In this document: piece after piece, positions 52,761 to 64,000 of the stretch
How positions within the stretch are numbered: position 1 is the first letter of the stretch
Layout of the letters: each line of letters starts with the position of its first letter
Origin: Octopus sinensis
Lineage: Eukaryota
Assembly: GCF_006345805.1 (NCBI RefSeq)
Contig: NW_021833299.1
Coordinates: 17,689 to 81,688 of the forward strand
Direction of reading: 5' to 3'
DNA: 64,000 bases
Notes under the pieces: generated by a model
Database searches by the model: none
The model's input: only the letters and a program-made list of their open reading frames with translations
What the model was told of the DNA's origin: nothing
Translations under genes and position numbers: made by a program

Positions 52761-53095
52761 TTGCTTTTAATTAAAATTTTATCCGTAACACTCAGTATGT
52801 GCAAAGAACTTGGTCCTATTGCGGCACACCGCTTCTTGCCTTTCACAGTTGGGATACTATGGTGTAGTTTAGGGAAAATTTGGCTGCTATTTCTAACAAG
52901 CCAAGAGATGTCCTAAAGCTTTCGTAGATTGATTGCTTTTAGTTAAAATGTTATTCGTAACATTCAGTATGCGCAAAGCACTTGGTCCTTTTGTGGCACA
53001 CTGATTCTTGCCTTTCATCGTTTAGACGCTATTGTATAGTTTTAGGAAAATTTGGCCACTATTCTAACAGGCCAAGATATGTCCTAAAGCTTTCG
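52761..53095. repeat. Diverged tandem duplication, ~172-bp unit x2
   Basis: TTGCTTTTA(A/G)TTAAAAT at 52761 and 52933; both copies end TCCTAAAGCTTTCG. Confidence 0.9.
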
Positions 53096-53320
53096 TTTTC
53101 TTTGTTTATGGAAGCTCACATGTCAACATATAGTTGCAACATCCGATATGTTGACAATGGAGGTTTCCGTTTGGCTAAAATTACATAAATTCAAATGCTT
53201 GTAAAACCTTTAAGAAAACAAATTCGATTTTCATCATCAGCATGCAAAACATGATCAAATCTACATTATTTTGAAAATAATGTGGTGAAAACTTACTACT
53301 GCATTGTGTATTTGTGTATG

Positions 53321-53704
53321 CTTTTTATCTTTTACTTGTTTGACTGCGGCCATGCTGGGGCACCACCTTGAAGGCTTTTAGCCGAGCAAATCGACCCCAG
53401 TACTTATTCTACCGGTCTCTTTGATCGAACAGCTAGGTTACGAGGGCGTAAATACACCAATACCGGCTGTCAAGCGGTTTGGTGCATAAACACAAACACA
53501 ATGACACACACACATGCATAGATATACACACACACACTCATATTAGATGGGCTTCTTTCAGTTTCCGTCAACCAAATCCACACACAACGCTTTGGTCGAC
53601 CCGAAGCTATAGTAGAAGTCACTTGCACAATGTGCCACGCAGTGGGACTGAACCGGGAACCATGTGGTTGGTAACCAAGCTTCCTACCACATAGCCACGC
53701 CTAT
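53321..53704 (-). mobile_element. Family-4 SINE
   Basis: Matches the other copies. Confidence 0.85.
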
Positions 53705-53710
53705 ATATCC

Positions 53711-53741
<31 letters not shown>

Positions 53742-54336
53742 TGTAAATATATATATATATATGAATAAACATACACACACTCACAAGCACACACACACAC
53801 ATACACACAAACACACAACACACGCACACATATACATATATTTAGCACGTATCTGTGTATATACGTGTGTGTGTTGGAGGTGGCGTGTACGTATACGCAG
53901 AGAAGCTCTAGAGGATCGTCTTAAAACGGAAAAAAATATCGGTCCTCAGAATTCGCGTCTCATAATAATCCCTTGTCGGGTGATCACAGTACCGATTACA
54001 TTATGTAGACTCTGAACCAATTTGATTTTCGAAATAAATATAAACGTCTTATAGCTGTAGAAGATTAACAATCTAGTCTCTTCAATTACTCTTGTGAGAA
54101 TCGCATCTAATTTGTCAGTTAATTGAACACCAACAGACGGAATATAATGATTAGAATTTTACGTAGTCTTGTATGATTGAAATTCTTCTGTTTTGAATTG
54201 GAGTAAACCCGTAGAATAGATAGTATATATATATATATATTTATAATAAGAGTAGATCGTATACAAGTGGGTATATATTTGTAAAAAAGAAGTTTGAAAA
54301 CGCCACTATATCAGATAAATTTTAATTTTCTTATGA

Positions 54337-54381
54337 ATTTTACATGTTTCGGTTCTTGAAAAAACGAACCTTATCAAAAAT
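54337..54381 (-). ncRNA. Minimal type I hammerhead with U3-A8 variant core
   Basis: Minus strand ATTT-TTGATAA-GGTTC(GTTTTTTCAA)GAACC-GAA-ACATGT-A-AAAT; cleavage triplet GUA. Confidence 0.6.
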
Positions 54382-54436
54382 ATTATACAAAGTGAAAATT
54401 GAAAAGTTCATAATCGTTTCTTACTGTTCTCAATAG

Positions 54437-54526
54437 AATCCATGTGGTGGTGTTTTGTCGGTAGTTGGTATAATCGCTATATTCCTGTTGAGTGTATTGA
54501 AGAAGTCCATTATTGTTTCTTGCTAG
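54437..54526 (+). CDS. Candidate terminal exon encoding a TM-like segment NPCGGVLSVVGIIAIFLLSVLKKSIIVSC*
   Basis: Acceptor TTTCTTACTGTTCTCAATAG, then a hydrophobic run followed by KK and a stop. No homology recognised. Confidence 0.2.
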   Translation, partial: NPCGGVLSVVGIIAIFLLSVLKKSIIVSC

Positions 54527-54848
54527 TATTAAAAGGAACCGCTTTTTTGTTACCTTGTGTTCCAATGGTAGCAACAGTATATATATATGTATGTATGTAT
54601 ATATATATATACCAAATATATACGTTTTATTTATTATTTTGCACATTACTTAATCATTGTTATATTTTTTCTTATATTTAATCTTTCTATAATATGTAAT
54701 TTTCTAGGTGGTGTAATTTAATTTTTCATCATTGAATTGATAAAAGGTGGCTTTTTTCTAATTTATGTATATATATTATATTTTGTGAAATTTTAGTTAG
54801 CATTTCTAAATTGAATTTTTTCCTGTAAGTTTGTAATAATATTCCCTC

Positions 54849-54888
<40 letters not shown>

Positions 54889-54889
54889 C

Positions 54890-55070
54890 AATCCAAACAT
54901 GAACAAACAAGAAAAAAACAACGCGAGGACATGGAATAAGTATAGTGTTATTGGACGCTCAGGAAAAGAAAGAAAAGAAAGAGGATTTCATGTTTCGAAC
55001 AGAGCTCTTCATCAGAAATATAGAAACAGTCCAAAGAAGGGAAGACAGAGAAAGAAAATCGCCAACTGTT
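54890..55070 (-). mobile_element. Penelope-like terminal-repeat fragment with hammerhead motif (54985-55019)
   Basis: Minus strand ATTT-CTGATGA-A-GAGC(TCT)GTTC-GAA-ACAT-G-AAAT. The flanks are colinear with 49810-50000. Confidence 0.65.
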
Positions 55071-56164
55071 GGCATATCGTAGTAATTGTCACCAGTTCTA
55101 CACTGCGCTACTGTACCAAACCTCTTATTCTGAATTAATAAATATGACAGAAAAATATGAATGACTCAATCTTAGTTAATGAATAAGTGTTATTAGATTC
55201 GGAAACAAATAATGACAAGATTATTATATTATCATAAAGCAAGAACACATTTAATGAGAAGAAAATCAATGTTAGTTAATGAATTATTCCTACAAATTCA
55301 TTCATACAAGTGCAAACCTGGTTTTGTTGTTTAGAAGCTCGCTTCGAAAATTCGTGGTTTCTGGTCGAACCCCACTGCGCAGCGGCGTTCTTGGGCAAGT
55401 TTCTTGCCGACAAATTCCTTGCGAATAAACATGATAGACGGAAACTGTGCGCCCTTTTGGCGTAGCTGGACAGAAGTGAGTGAATTGCCATCGGACACGG
55501 ATAGGGTTTTTATTGGGGCGGCACATTTTCGGGACAGAAGAATGTAAACTCGAGGGCTGTACCGGGCGTCACACACGCTCGCTACACCACACTGTCTCTG
55601 ATCGCTTGACAACCGGTATTGGTTTCTTTATGTTCATGTAAATTTATGGGCCATCAGAATGTTCCCGATAGAATGAGTACCGCTCTTAAAAATAGTACTG
55701 CAATCAAATCGTATGGTTACATTTCAGCCATGTAGCTTCCGGATTATTCTCGCTGCAGGGAACCTTGGCAAGTCTGATCTATTATGGCCCCGGGCCACCG
55801 GGTCAACCGATACTTTGTAAGTAAATTTGGCCACAGTCAAATAACTGAAACGACTAAAAGAGTAAAAGAATGACGAAAACTACAAAGATCCGGCAAATTA
55901 ATTCGACTAAGCCCTTCGACATGGGGCCCCAGCATGGTGTCCAAGTATGGCTGCAGTCCAATAACTAAGACAGTTAAAACACAAGCAAACAAAAGAAAGA
56001 GATAAAAAGTAAATGATCAAAATGAGTGAGCTCCAGCATCGCCACAATCCATAACTAAAACCAGTAAAAGAAGTTTGTTGTCAACCTTTTGTCTCAAGAG
56101 ACAATGGAGTTGCGCATAAACTAATCCAGTCTGGTTTTTACATTTCATGCCCTCTCCAGTTTTG

Positions 56165-56350
56165 TGCAGGCCTGGGCTAGATGTAAGAAAATCCTGGGTA
56201 GCCCAATCGTCAGGATTCCTCCCTCGACCTTCCTGAGGAGTGCAGAGCATTACGTTTGGCACCAGCTTGGTTGCAGGAGCTGCCAGAAGAGTGTCGAGAC
56301 GAATACTAAACCGCCTACAGGGCTCCACTCTGGATTTCTTCTCGTAACCC
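56165..56350 (+). mobile_element. Possible RTE-type LINE 5' UTR relic
   Basis: GC-richer segment containing TTTGGCACCAGC..GCAGGAGCTGCCAG and GGGCTCCACTCTGGATTT. These resemble RTE 5' UTR motifs from memory only. Confidence 0.3.
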
Positions 56351-56483
56351 TGGATAGGGGCCCATACCGGGTACTGTCAGTTTAGAGTACACAATTACCT
56401 GATCACAGAACTGCGTACCTGTTGGCCAGTTTCTTACTCCTTTATCCGTAATTTCGTCACCCTCATATTGTCTCAGTAAAGAC

Positions 56484-56793
56484 TGTGGCTTAGTGGTTAG
56501 GGTGGTCGGCTAACGATCGTTAGGTCATTGGTTCGATTGCCAGCGGCGCGTTGTGATCTTGAGCAAGACTCTTTATTTCACGTAGTCTAACTCAGCTGGC
56601 AAAAATGAGTTGTACATCTATTTCAAAAGGCCAGCCTTGTCACGTTTTGTATCACACTGAATCACCATCAGAACTGCATTAAGGGCACACCTGTCTGTGG
56701 AGTACTCAGCCACTTGCACGTTAATTTCACAAGCATGCTGCTCTGTTGATCGGATCAACTGGAACACTCGTCGTCGCAACCGACGGAGTGCCA
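56484..56793 (+). mobile_element. Family-2 SINE
   Basis: Matches the 14442 copy. Confidence 0.85.
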
Positions 56794-57156
56794 GTTATAT
56801 TATCTCACTATCTGACCAACACTAGATCTTTTTTTTCTTTTGCTTTGTGTCGGAAGGCAATGAATTGGTTTGGTGTCCGGACCGAAACTAGATCTTGATA
56901 CACTAGCTGTGCGATGTGTATTGGTTGCCTACAAAAATTACGTATCACTATGTTTCATGATAGGAAGGCAGAACGATTAGTTTCCTTTTAAGATCCATGG
57001 CTTTATGTCGGTGAGTGAGTTTTTAATATTCAAGATGATTTTAGCAGACACTCTATTCTAGCGCTACAGTTTCCAACGATAAAGGAAGAGGGAGTATCGT
57101 ATTAGAGTAGAATGTGTGTATGTGTGTGTGTATACATGCATACATACATACATACA

Positions 57157-57189
<33 letters not shown>

Positions 57190-57685
57190 GTATACATATA
57201 TATATATATATAAATATATATACATATACGTTTATGTGCATATATATGAGTGTGTGTGTGTGTATTTATATATACACAAACATACATACATACATACTTT
57301 TATTCTCTTATTTGTTTCAGTCATTTGACTGCGGCCATGCTGAAGCACCGTCTTTAGTCGAACAAATGAACCCAGAAACATGTGGTCAGTAAACAAGCTA
57401 CTTACCACAAAGCTATGCCTGCACCTATACACATATATGCAATGGGATCCGAACAAAAGCCCCCTAGTACAAAAGCCCCTCGGAGAAAGGCCCCATCGTT
57501 AAAGTGTGAAAGTGGATTAAAGCCCCTGAGACAAAAGCCCCACTGTTATAATTTTCGGTTTCTTTTTCTCGTTTTTTACCCCTTTTACTTGTTTCACACA
57601 TTAGATTGTTTCCATGCTGGGGTGCCTTAAAGAATTTTTAGTTGAACGTATCGATCCCAGAATTTTTTCTCTTCATTTACTTGTT

Positions 57686-58428
57686 GCAGAAACGTTAGCA
57701 CGCCGGGCGAAATGCTTAGCGATATTTCGTCTGTCTTTACGTTCCGAGGTTCAAATTCCGCCGAGGTTGACTTTGCCTTTCATCGTTTCGGGGTCGATAA
57801 ATTAAGTACCAGTTACGCACTGGGACCGATATAATCAATTTCATCCGTTTGTCTGTCTTTTGTTTGTCCTCTCTGTGGGTAATAAAGAAATAGATATTTC
57901 TTCTGTCTTTACGTTTTGAGTTCAAATTCTGCCGAGGTCGACTTTGCCTTTCATCCTTTCGGGGTCGATAAATTAAGTACCAGTTACGCACTGGGACCGA
58001 TATAATCAATTTCATCCGTTTGTCTGTCTTTGTTTGTCCTCTCTGTGTTTAGCCCCTTGTAGGTAATAAAGAAATAGATATTTCTTCTGTCTTTACGTTT
58101 TGAGTTCAAATTCTGCCGAGGTCGACTTTGCCTTTCATCCTTTCGGGGTCGATAAATTACGTACCAGTCACGCACTGGGACCGATATAATCAATTTCATC
58201 CGTTTGTCTGTCTTTGTTTGTCCTCTCTGTGTTTAGCCCCTTGTGGGTAATAAAGAAATAGATATTTCTTCTGTCTTTACGTTTTGAGTTCAAATTCCGC
58301 TGAGGTCGACTTTGCCTTTCATACTTTCGGGGTCGATAAATTAAGTACCAGTTGCGTACTGCGGTCGATCTTATCGACTGGTCCTCTCCCTCAAAATTTC
58401 GGGCCTTGTGCCTAGAGTAGAAAAGAAT
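57686..58428 (+). mobile_element. Family-3 SINE: head plus four tandem bodies, the last with the alternative tail
   Basis: Units restart GATATTTC at 57721, 57893, 58077 and 58261. Confidence 0.92.
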
Positions 58429-58659
58429 ATTTGTATATATGTGTGCGTGTGTGTGTGTAGGGCAAAGAGACATCGCTAGAGAAAGTTCATAAGTACTTAA
58501 GTACTAGACTCTAAATAAATATTGGGGTCGACTGAACCCTTCGAGGCGGTGCCCCAGCATGGGCTCAGTTCACTGGTTGAAGCAAGTAAAAGGCAAACGA
58601 ATATGTATACACACCACACACAAACATTCACACACGCATACATTAAACACATCACACAC

Positions 58660-58934
58660 CTACCTACCAACCTACCTACCTACCTACCTACCTACCTACC
58701 TACCTACATACATACCTACATACCTACATACATACATACATACATACATACATGCGTACGTACATACATACATACATACATATATGTGTGTGTATGTGTG
58801 TGTGTGTGTGTGTGAGTGTTTGTGTGTGTGTGGGTGTGTGTGTTTGTGTATAAGTTCTTTCCCGAAGATGGAAGTCTTACATAGAAATTAGTGGAGGGGA
58901 AAACTGAAGCGAATGAGAGAAACTAGAAGTATTG

Positions 58935-58968
<34 letters not shown>

Positions 58969-59113
58969 AAGAAAGAGAGACAAGTAGAGAGAGACAGAGA
59001 GAGGGGGAAGAGAAATGTAGAGAGGAACTTATAGGAAAAGACAGAGAAAAAGAGACAAAAGTAGAGAGAGACAGATAGTTGGGGGACATAGAAATAGTGA
59101 ACGGAAAATGAAA

Positions 59114-59154
<41 letters not shown>

Positions 59155-59631
59155 GAGAGAGAAAGATAAAAAAAGAAACAGAAAAACAAGATCGGGGAGA
59201 AGAGAAGAGAAGAGGGTAGACTTGATAACACATCTTTAGACAATCGGAAGACCGGTTACGCACCGGGTATGTAGCTAACGGGTGGTCCGATAGAAAAAGT
59301 CACCCTGAAACTTTATTTTCTTGTTCAACATTATTATTATTGTTTCTTTTTATCTCTTCTGTGACATTGCCCTTCCTTTATTTTTGTTTGTTTTGTTATC
59401 TATTTCTTTGTTTCTTTGCTTTCGTCGCTTATTCCGTTTTGTGATTAAATGATCTCTGGTCCTCTTTTGATGTTACGAGAATGGGGTTTTTGTGCTTTTG
59501 GTTATTAAGAATAGAAGGACCCAGAGTATTAGGGAGAAGCGAGGCCTTCGAATCTCTTCTTGTTTTACATTTTGGAAAACATGCACTCAGCCACCAACCT
59601 CTGCACATTCACATACACGCACATGCACACG

Positions 59632-59710
<79 letters not shown>

Positions 59711-59821
59711 GCACACACAGAGAGGAAGGGAGAGAGTTACATAGACATACACAGAGGCAGTGAGAGAAGCAAACAGTAGATACAGAGGAGAGAAACACTC
59801 ACATACACGGTAGGAAAGAGT

Positions 59822-59853
<32 letters not shown>

Positions 59854-60241
59854 GGGAGAGAGAGAGGGAGAGAGAGGGAGAGAGGAGGAGAGAGAGGGAG
59901 AGAGAGAGAAATACACGACACACACGGGGAGGGAGAGAGAGAGAAATGCAGTGCACACACAGGGAGGGCGAGAGGGAGAGAGAAATACACTACATACAGA
60001 GAGAGGGGGAGAGGGAGATAAATACACTACACACACGGGGAGGGAGGGAGAGAGAGAGAACTACACTTCACATACGGGGAGGGAAAGAGAGAAATTCACT
60101 ACACACACGAGGGAGAGAGAGAGAAAGAAACGCACGCGAACACAAATTCCATCTCTTTCTCTCTCTTTTTCTCTTACGCTCTGTCACACATACGCACACA
60201 CATGTTACCAGTAAAATAAGAGGATGCTCTACTCTTTCGAT

Positions 60242-60294
<53 letters not shown>

Positions 60295-60472
60295 ATGTGT
60301 ATGTGTGTTCGTGTGTGTGTGATTGCGTGTTGCGACGAGAGGTGCGTTGTGTGCGTCGAGCAAAACACTCCCTCGCACGTTGCTCTGCGATGATTTCAAC
60401 ACCTGACGCGTGCCACACCGTTCCCCTGCTCAGACAACGTCGACTTGATAGAGGGGGGTGAGTCAGTGCGCA

Positions 60473-60534
<62 letters not shown>

Positions 60535-60560
60535 AGACACACACACACTCACACACACAC
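58660..60560. repeat. (TACC)n, (GA)n, (CA)n, (TA)n and (TG)n microsatellite fields
   Basis: Directly visible. Confidence 0.92.
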
Positions 60561-60572
60561 GGATATATATGT

Positions 60573-60870
60573 GTTCAAATTCCGCCGAGGTCGACTTTGC
60601 CTTTCATGCTTTCAGGGTTGATAAATTAAGTACCAGTTGCGTACTGGGGTCGATCTAATCGACTGGCCCCCCTCTCCCCCAAAATTTCAGGCCTTGTTCC
60701 TAGAGTAGAACAGAAGCTTGCTTCCCAGCCACATGGTTCCGCGTTCAGTCCCACTGCGTGGCACCTTGGGTAAGTGTCTTCTTCTATAGCCTCGGGCCGA
60801 TCAAAGCCTTGTGAGTGGATTTGGTAGACGGAAACTGAAAGAAGCCCGTCGTATATGTGTGTGTGTGTGT
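60573..60870 (+). mobile_element. Truncated family-3 SINE abutting a partial family-4 SINE
   Basis: GTTCAAATTCCGCCGAGG..CTAGAGTAGAACAG, then GCCACATGGTTCCGCGTTCAGTCCC..GAAGCCCGTCG. Confidence 0.82.
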
Positions 60871-61091
60871 GTGATTGCGCTAGAATAAGTACCAGTTGAA
60901 CATTGGGGGTGATATAATCGATTTACCTACCCCGGAATTGCTGGCTCTGTTCCAAAATTTGAAATCAATATTGACTCATAAAAATATAAAAGGAGTTTTT
61001 AGACGTCGAATGGCTACGAGGATCCCCTCACACCTCGAGTAAAATCGGAATCCATAGTCAAAATACAGTTGAGAACCACTACTTTAAATTA

Positions 61092-61657
61092 TTGGGTTGT
61101 CCGGAAAGTTCGTGCCGATTTTTAAAGGAAAGAAAAAGGTCAACAAATACTTGCTATTACATTTTTAATCAACCATATATGAACCATTTTGTTGCACAAT
61201 GCGTCTCCATCTTTCCTTTAACTTGAAAATACCCTCTTCCCAGAACTGAGGTGCTTTCATGGCAAAGAATTCATCAAGGTATCTTTTTACGTCATTAAAG
61301 GAATTGAAATTTTTACCATTAAGGCTGTTCTGCAGAGATCTGAATAAGTGGAAATCCGAAGGAGCAATATCTGGTGAATATGGAGGGTGGGGTAACACAT
61401 CCCAGCCGAGCTGCAGCAATTTTTGTCTGGTTCCCAAAGCATCAAGTGCCGAAAATAAACTTTCTTATCTTCCATTTTAAAGGGGTACAGAATTAACACA
61501 GGTTATAAGAACATAAACCTTCTTCCCCGAAAAGATGATTTAAACTGTGCTCTAAATGGAGGTATAGTCAAATCCTATTTTATGGACTTAACCATGTTCT
61601 AAAATAAATCGAAAGGTAAGCTACTATAAATCGGTACAAACTTTCCGGACAAACCAA
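61092..61657 (-). mobile_element. 566-bp internally deleted mariner, same deletion as 25757
   Basis: TIRs and TA flanks. Identical junction CACTTGATGCTTTGGGAACCAGAC on the minus strand; C-terminal ORF 61165-61437. Confidence 0.95.
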
Positions 61658-61974
61658 TATATTCACAATTCACCGGCAATTTTTGACTCAGAATCCTTGG
61701 GTCGACCCGAGGTTATTGCAAATGACAGCTTCTCAAGATGTCACGCAGTGGATTAAACCCGATGTTGCTCTGTTGGGAAGCAAACTTTCTAACCGTATGA
61801 TCCTCTGCCCCTATATTTTTGAAGTGCTACAATTCAACATATTAACGCCATCGGGTAACAAAATAGCTGAAGCGACGAGTGAAGTTTCATGTTTTTATAA
61901 CTGCGACAGTGAATTGGTTTTGCAATTGTCCGTGGAAACACTTTATGTGGAAGCGCGCCGTTGGATATCTTTTA

Positions 61975-62194
61975 TCTTTTACTTGTTTCGGTCATTGACC
62001 AGCGGCCATGCTGGGGTACCACCTTGAAGAGTTTAGTCACCCAGTACTTTTGTTGTTGTTTTTTTTTTTAACTCGATTCTTATTCTAGCTATGTCCTTTG
62101 CTGAACCGTTAAGTTACAGTGACATAAATAAACCATCACTCGCTGTCTGGCGACAGGTTGTTGTATAAAGAAGCAAGCACAAAGACACATACGA

Positions 62195-62256
<62 letters not shown>

Positions 62257-62674
62257 ATACAAACATACACATATGTGTATGTATACGAAGGGTTTACACA
62301 CAGTTTCCATTTGCCAAAGTTACTCACAAATCATTGGTTGTCTCCGGGCAATAATTAGAAGACATTAATCTTTGGTGCTTCGCCGTGGGACCGAACACGA
62401 AGTCATATGGTTGCACGGCGAGTTTCTTAGTCACACGCCAATGCCTGCGCCTGTAAATCTTTTTATTTATTCTTTTATTCTTTTATTTGTTTCAGTCATT
62501 TGACTGTGGCCATGCTGGAACACCGCTTTTAGTCGAACAAATCGATCTCAGGACTTATTCTTTGTTAGCCTAGTACTTATTCTATCTGTTCTTTTGCCGA
62601 ACCGCTAAGTTACGGGGACGCAAATACACCAGCATCGGTTGTCAATCGATGTTGGAGAGACAAACACACACACA

Positions 62675-62762
<88 letters not shown>

Positions 62763-62925
62763 CGATGCGCTTCTTTCAGTTACCGTCTACCAAATCCATC
62801 ACAAGGCTTTGGTCGGCCCGAGGCTATAGTAGAAGACACTTGCCCAAGGTGTCACGCAGTGGGACTGAATCAGGAACCATGTGGTTGGTAATCAAGCTAC
62901 TTACCACACAGCCACTCCTACGCCT
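61975..62925 (-). mobile_element. Two adjacent family-4 SINEs (older 61975-62452, younger 62470-62925)
   Basis: Both show the tail, internal (CA)n tract and head in the same orientation. Confidence 0.85.
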
Positions 62926-64000
62926 AAAAAAAAACGACCACTATGCAGTACGTTTGCAAAATCTAACAATGTCTATATAAATATTTAGAATACTGAACTA
63001 CCCAAGCCCTGCATAGCAACAAACACACGCAAACACAAACACAAAATCAAACACACACGGAAGCATACAGCAACAGACGTATAAAGCTCCGCCGTCACTC
63101 GCAAGCGAATGTCACTGGATAGCTTCGACCACCACACTTTGCTTTGTGTGTGTTTCATAAATTTATTTTCATGTTACCCTTCTAAGATAAGTTCTTTTCA
63201 AATAAATCACACCGCAGCCCTCACCACCACCGCCGCCGCCACTTTAACTCTTTTTTTTCCACTTTGGTGTGTCATTTTAAATTTGTCTTCCATATTACTA
63301 CACCGTAGTCAATATTCGATGAATCAGCTTTATTTTTCAGCTTGGCTCAGCTTGGTCCACTTCAATAATACATCGTAATAAATTAAGCATTTCCCATTAC
63401 CCCACCCGCCTCGCTAGTTGCATATACCACGATGCATGTGATTCATGCCACCATATTTTGCTCAGTATGTCACAGTGCAAGAGAAGAGACGACGACGAGA
63501 AGGTATTATGTGGAATGGTAATACTAATGGTACCATTAATGACAGAACTAATGCATAATTCGTCTTTCGGTTAAACATTTCTACTTCCACATATTTTCTT
63601 TGATTTCATTTATCTATTTTTCTGTATATCTCCCTCTTTTAAGAGCTGCCTTTCATTACATACATACATACATACATAAGTGCATAAGTTCATACGCACA
63701 CATACTACATAACTACATCGGAACATACACATATATTCATAAGTATATATATGTATATATATATATGCGTAAATGAATGTAGATGTGTGTGCGCGTGTGT
63801 ATAGATACATTCCATACATATATAAATACTTCATACATACATAAATACATACAAGCGTACACACGCATAGACATATATACACACACATTCAGATATGTGT
63901 ATATATTTATATATATATATATATATGTAAATATATTCATATGTATAAGCGATTGTCTAGAGATAGGAATAAAATAGATATTGAAATGCACCCATGTATA

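Overview
A very AT-rich, repeat-saturated eukaryotic window. It is most likely cephalopod (Octopus-like), inferred from the SINE families and the extreme microsatellite load. Almost every ORF in the supplied track is a translation of a simple repeat, and no complete protein-coding gene can be recognised. The only convincing protein homologies are Tc1/mariner transposase relics at 4.6, 8.1, 25.1, 25.8 and 61.2 kb. Four tRNA-headed SINE families occur in many copies, one of them as head-to-tail arrays. There are also two copies of a Helitron/Helentron-like non-autonomous element and several minisatellites. The most notable signal is RNA structure. At least eight hammerhead-ribozyme-like motifs of the minimal type-I form typical of Penelope-like elements are readable by eye; two look catalytically intact (1403-1469 +, and 54337-54381 - with a U3-A8 compensated core). 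A tRNA-headed element carries a hammerhead tail plus an inverted partial copy (7.6-8.0 kb). A ~215-bp tandem repeat (15.4-16.05 kb, solo copy at 38.6 kb) has a minus strand with an HDV-ribozyme-like fold followed by a T-run. A few short exon candidates (signal peptide at 6485, TM-like segment at 54437) are low confidence. All folds and alignments were done by eye, not computed.
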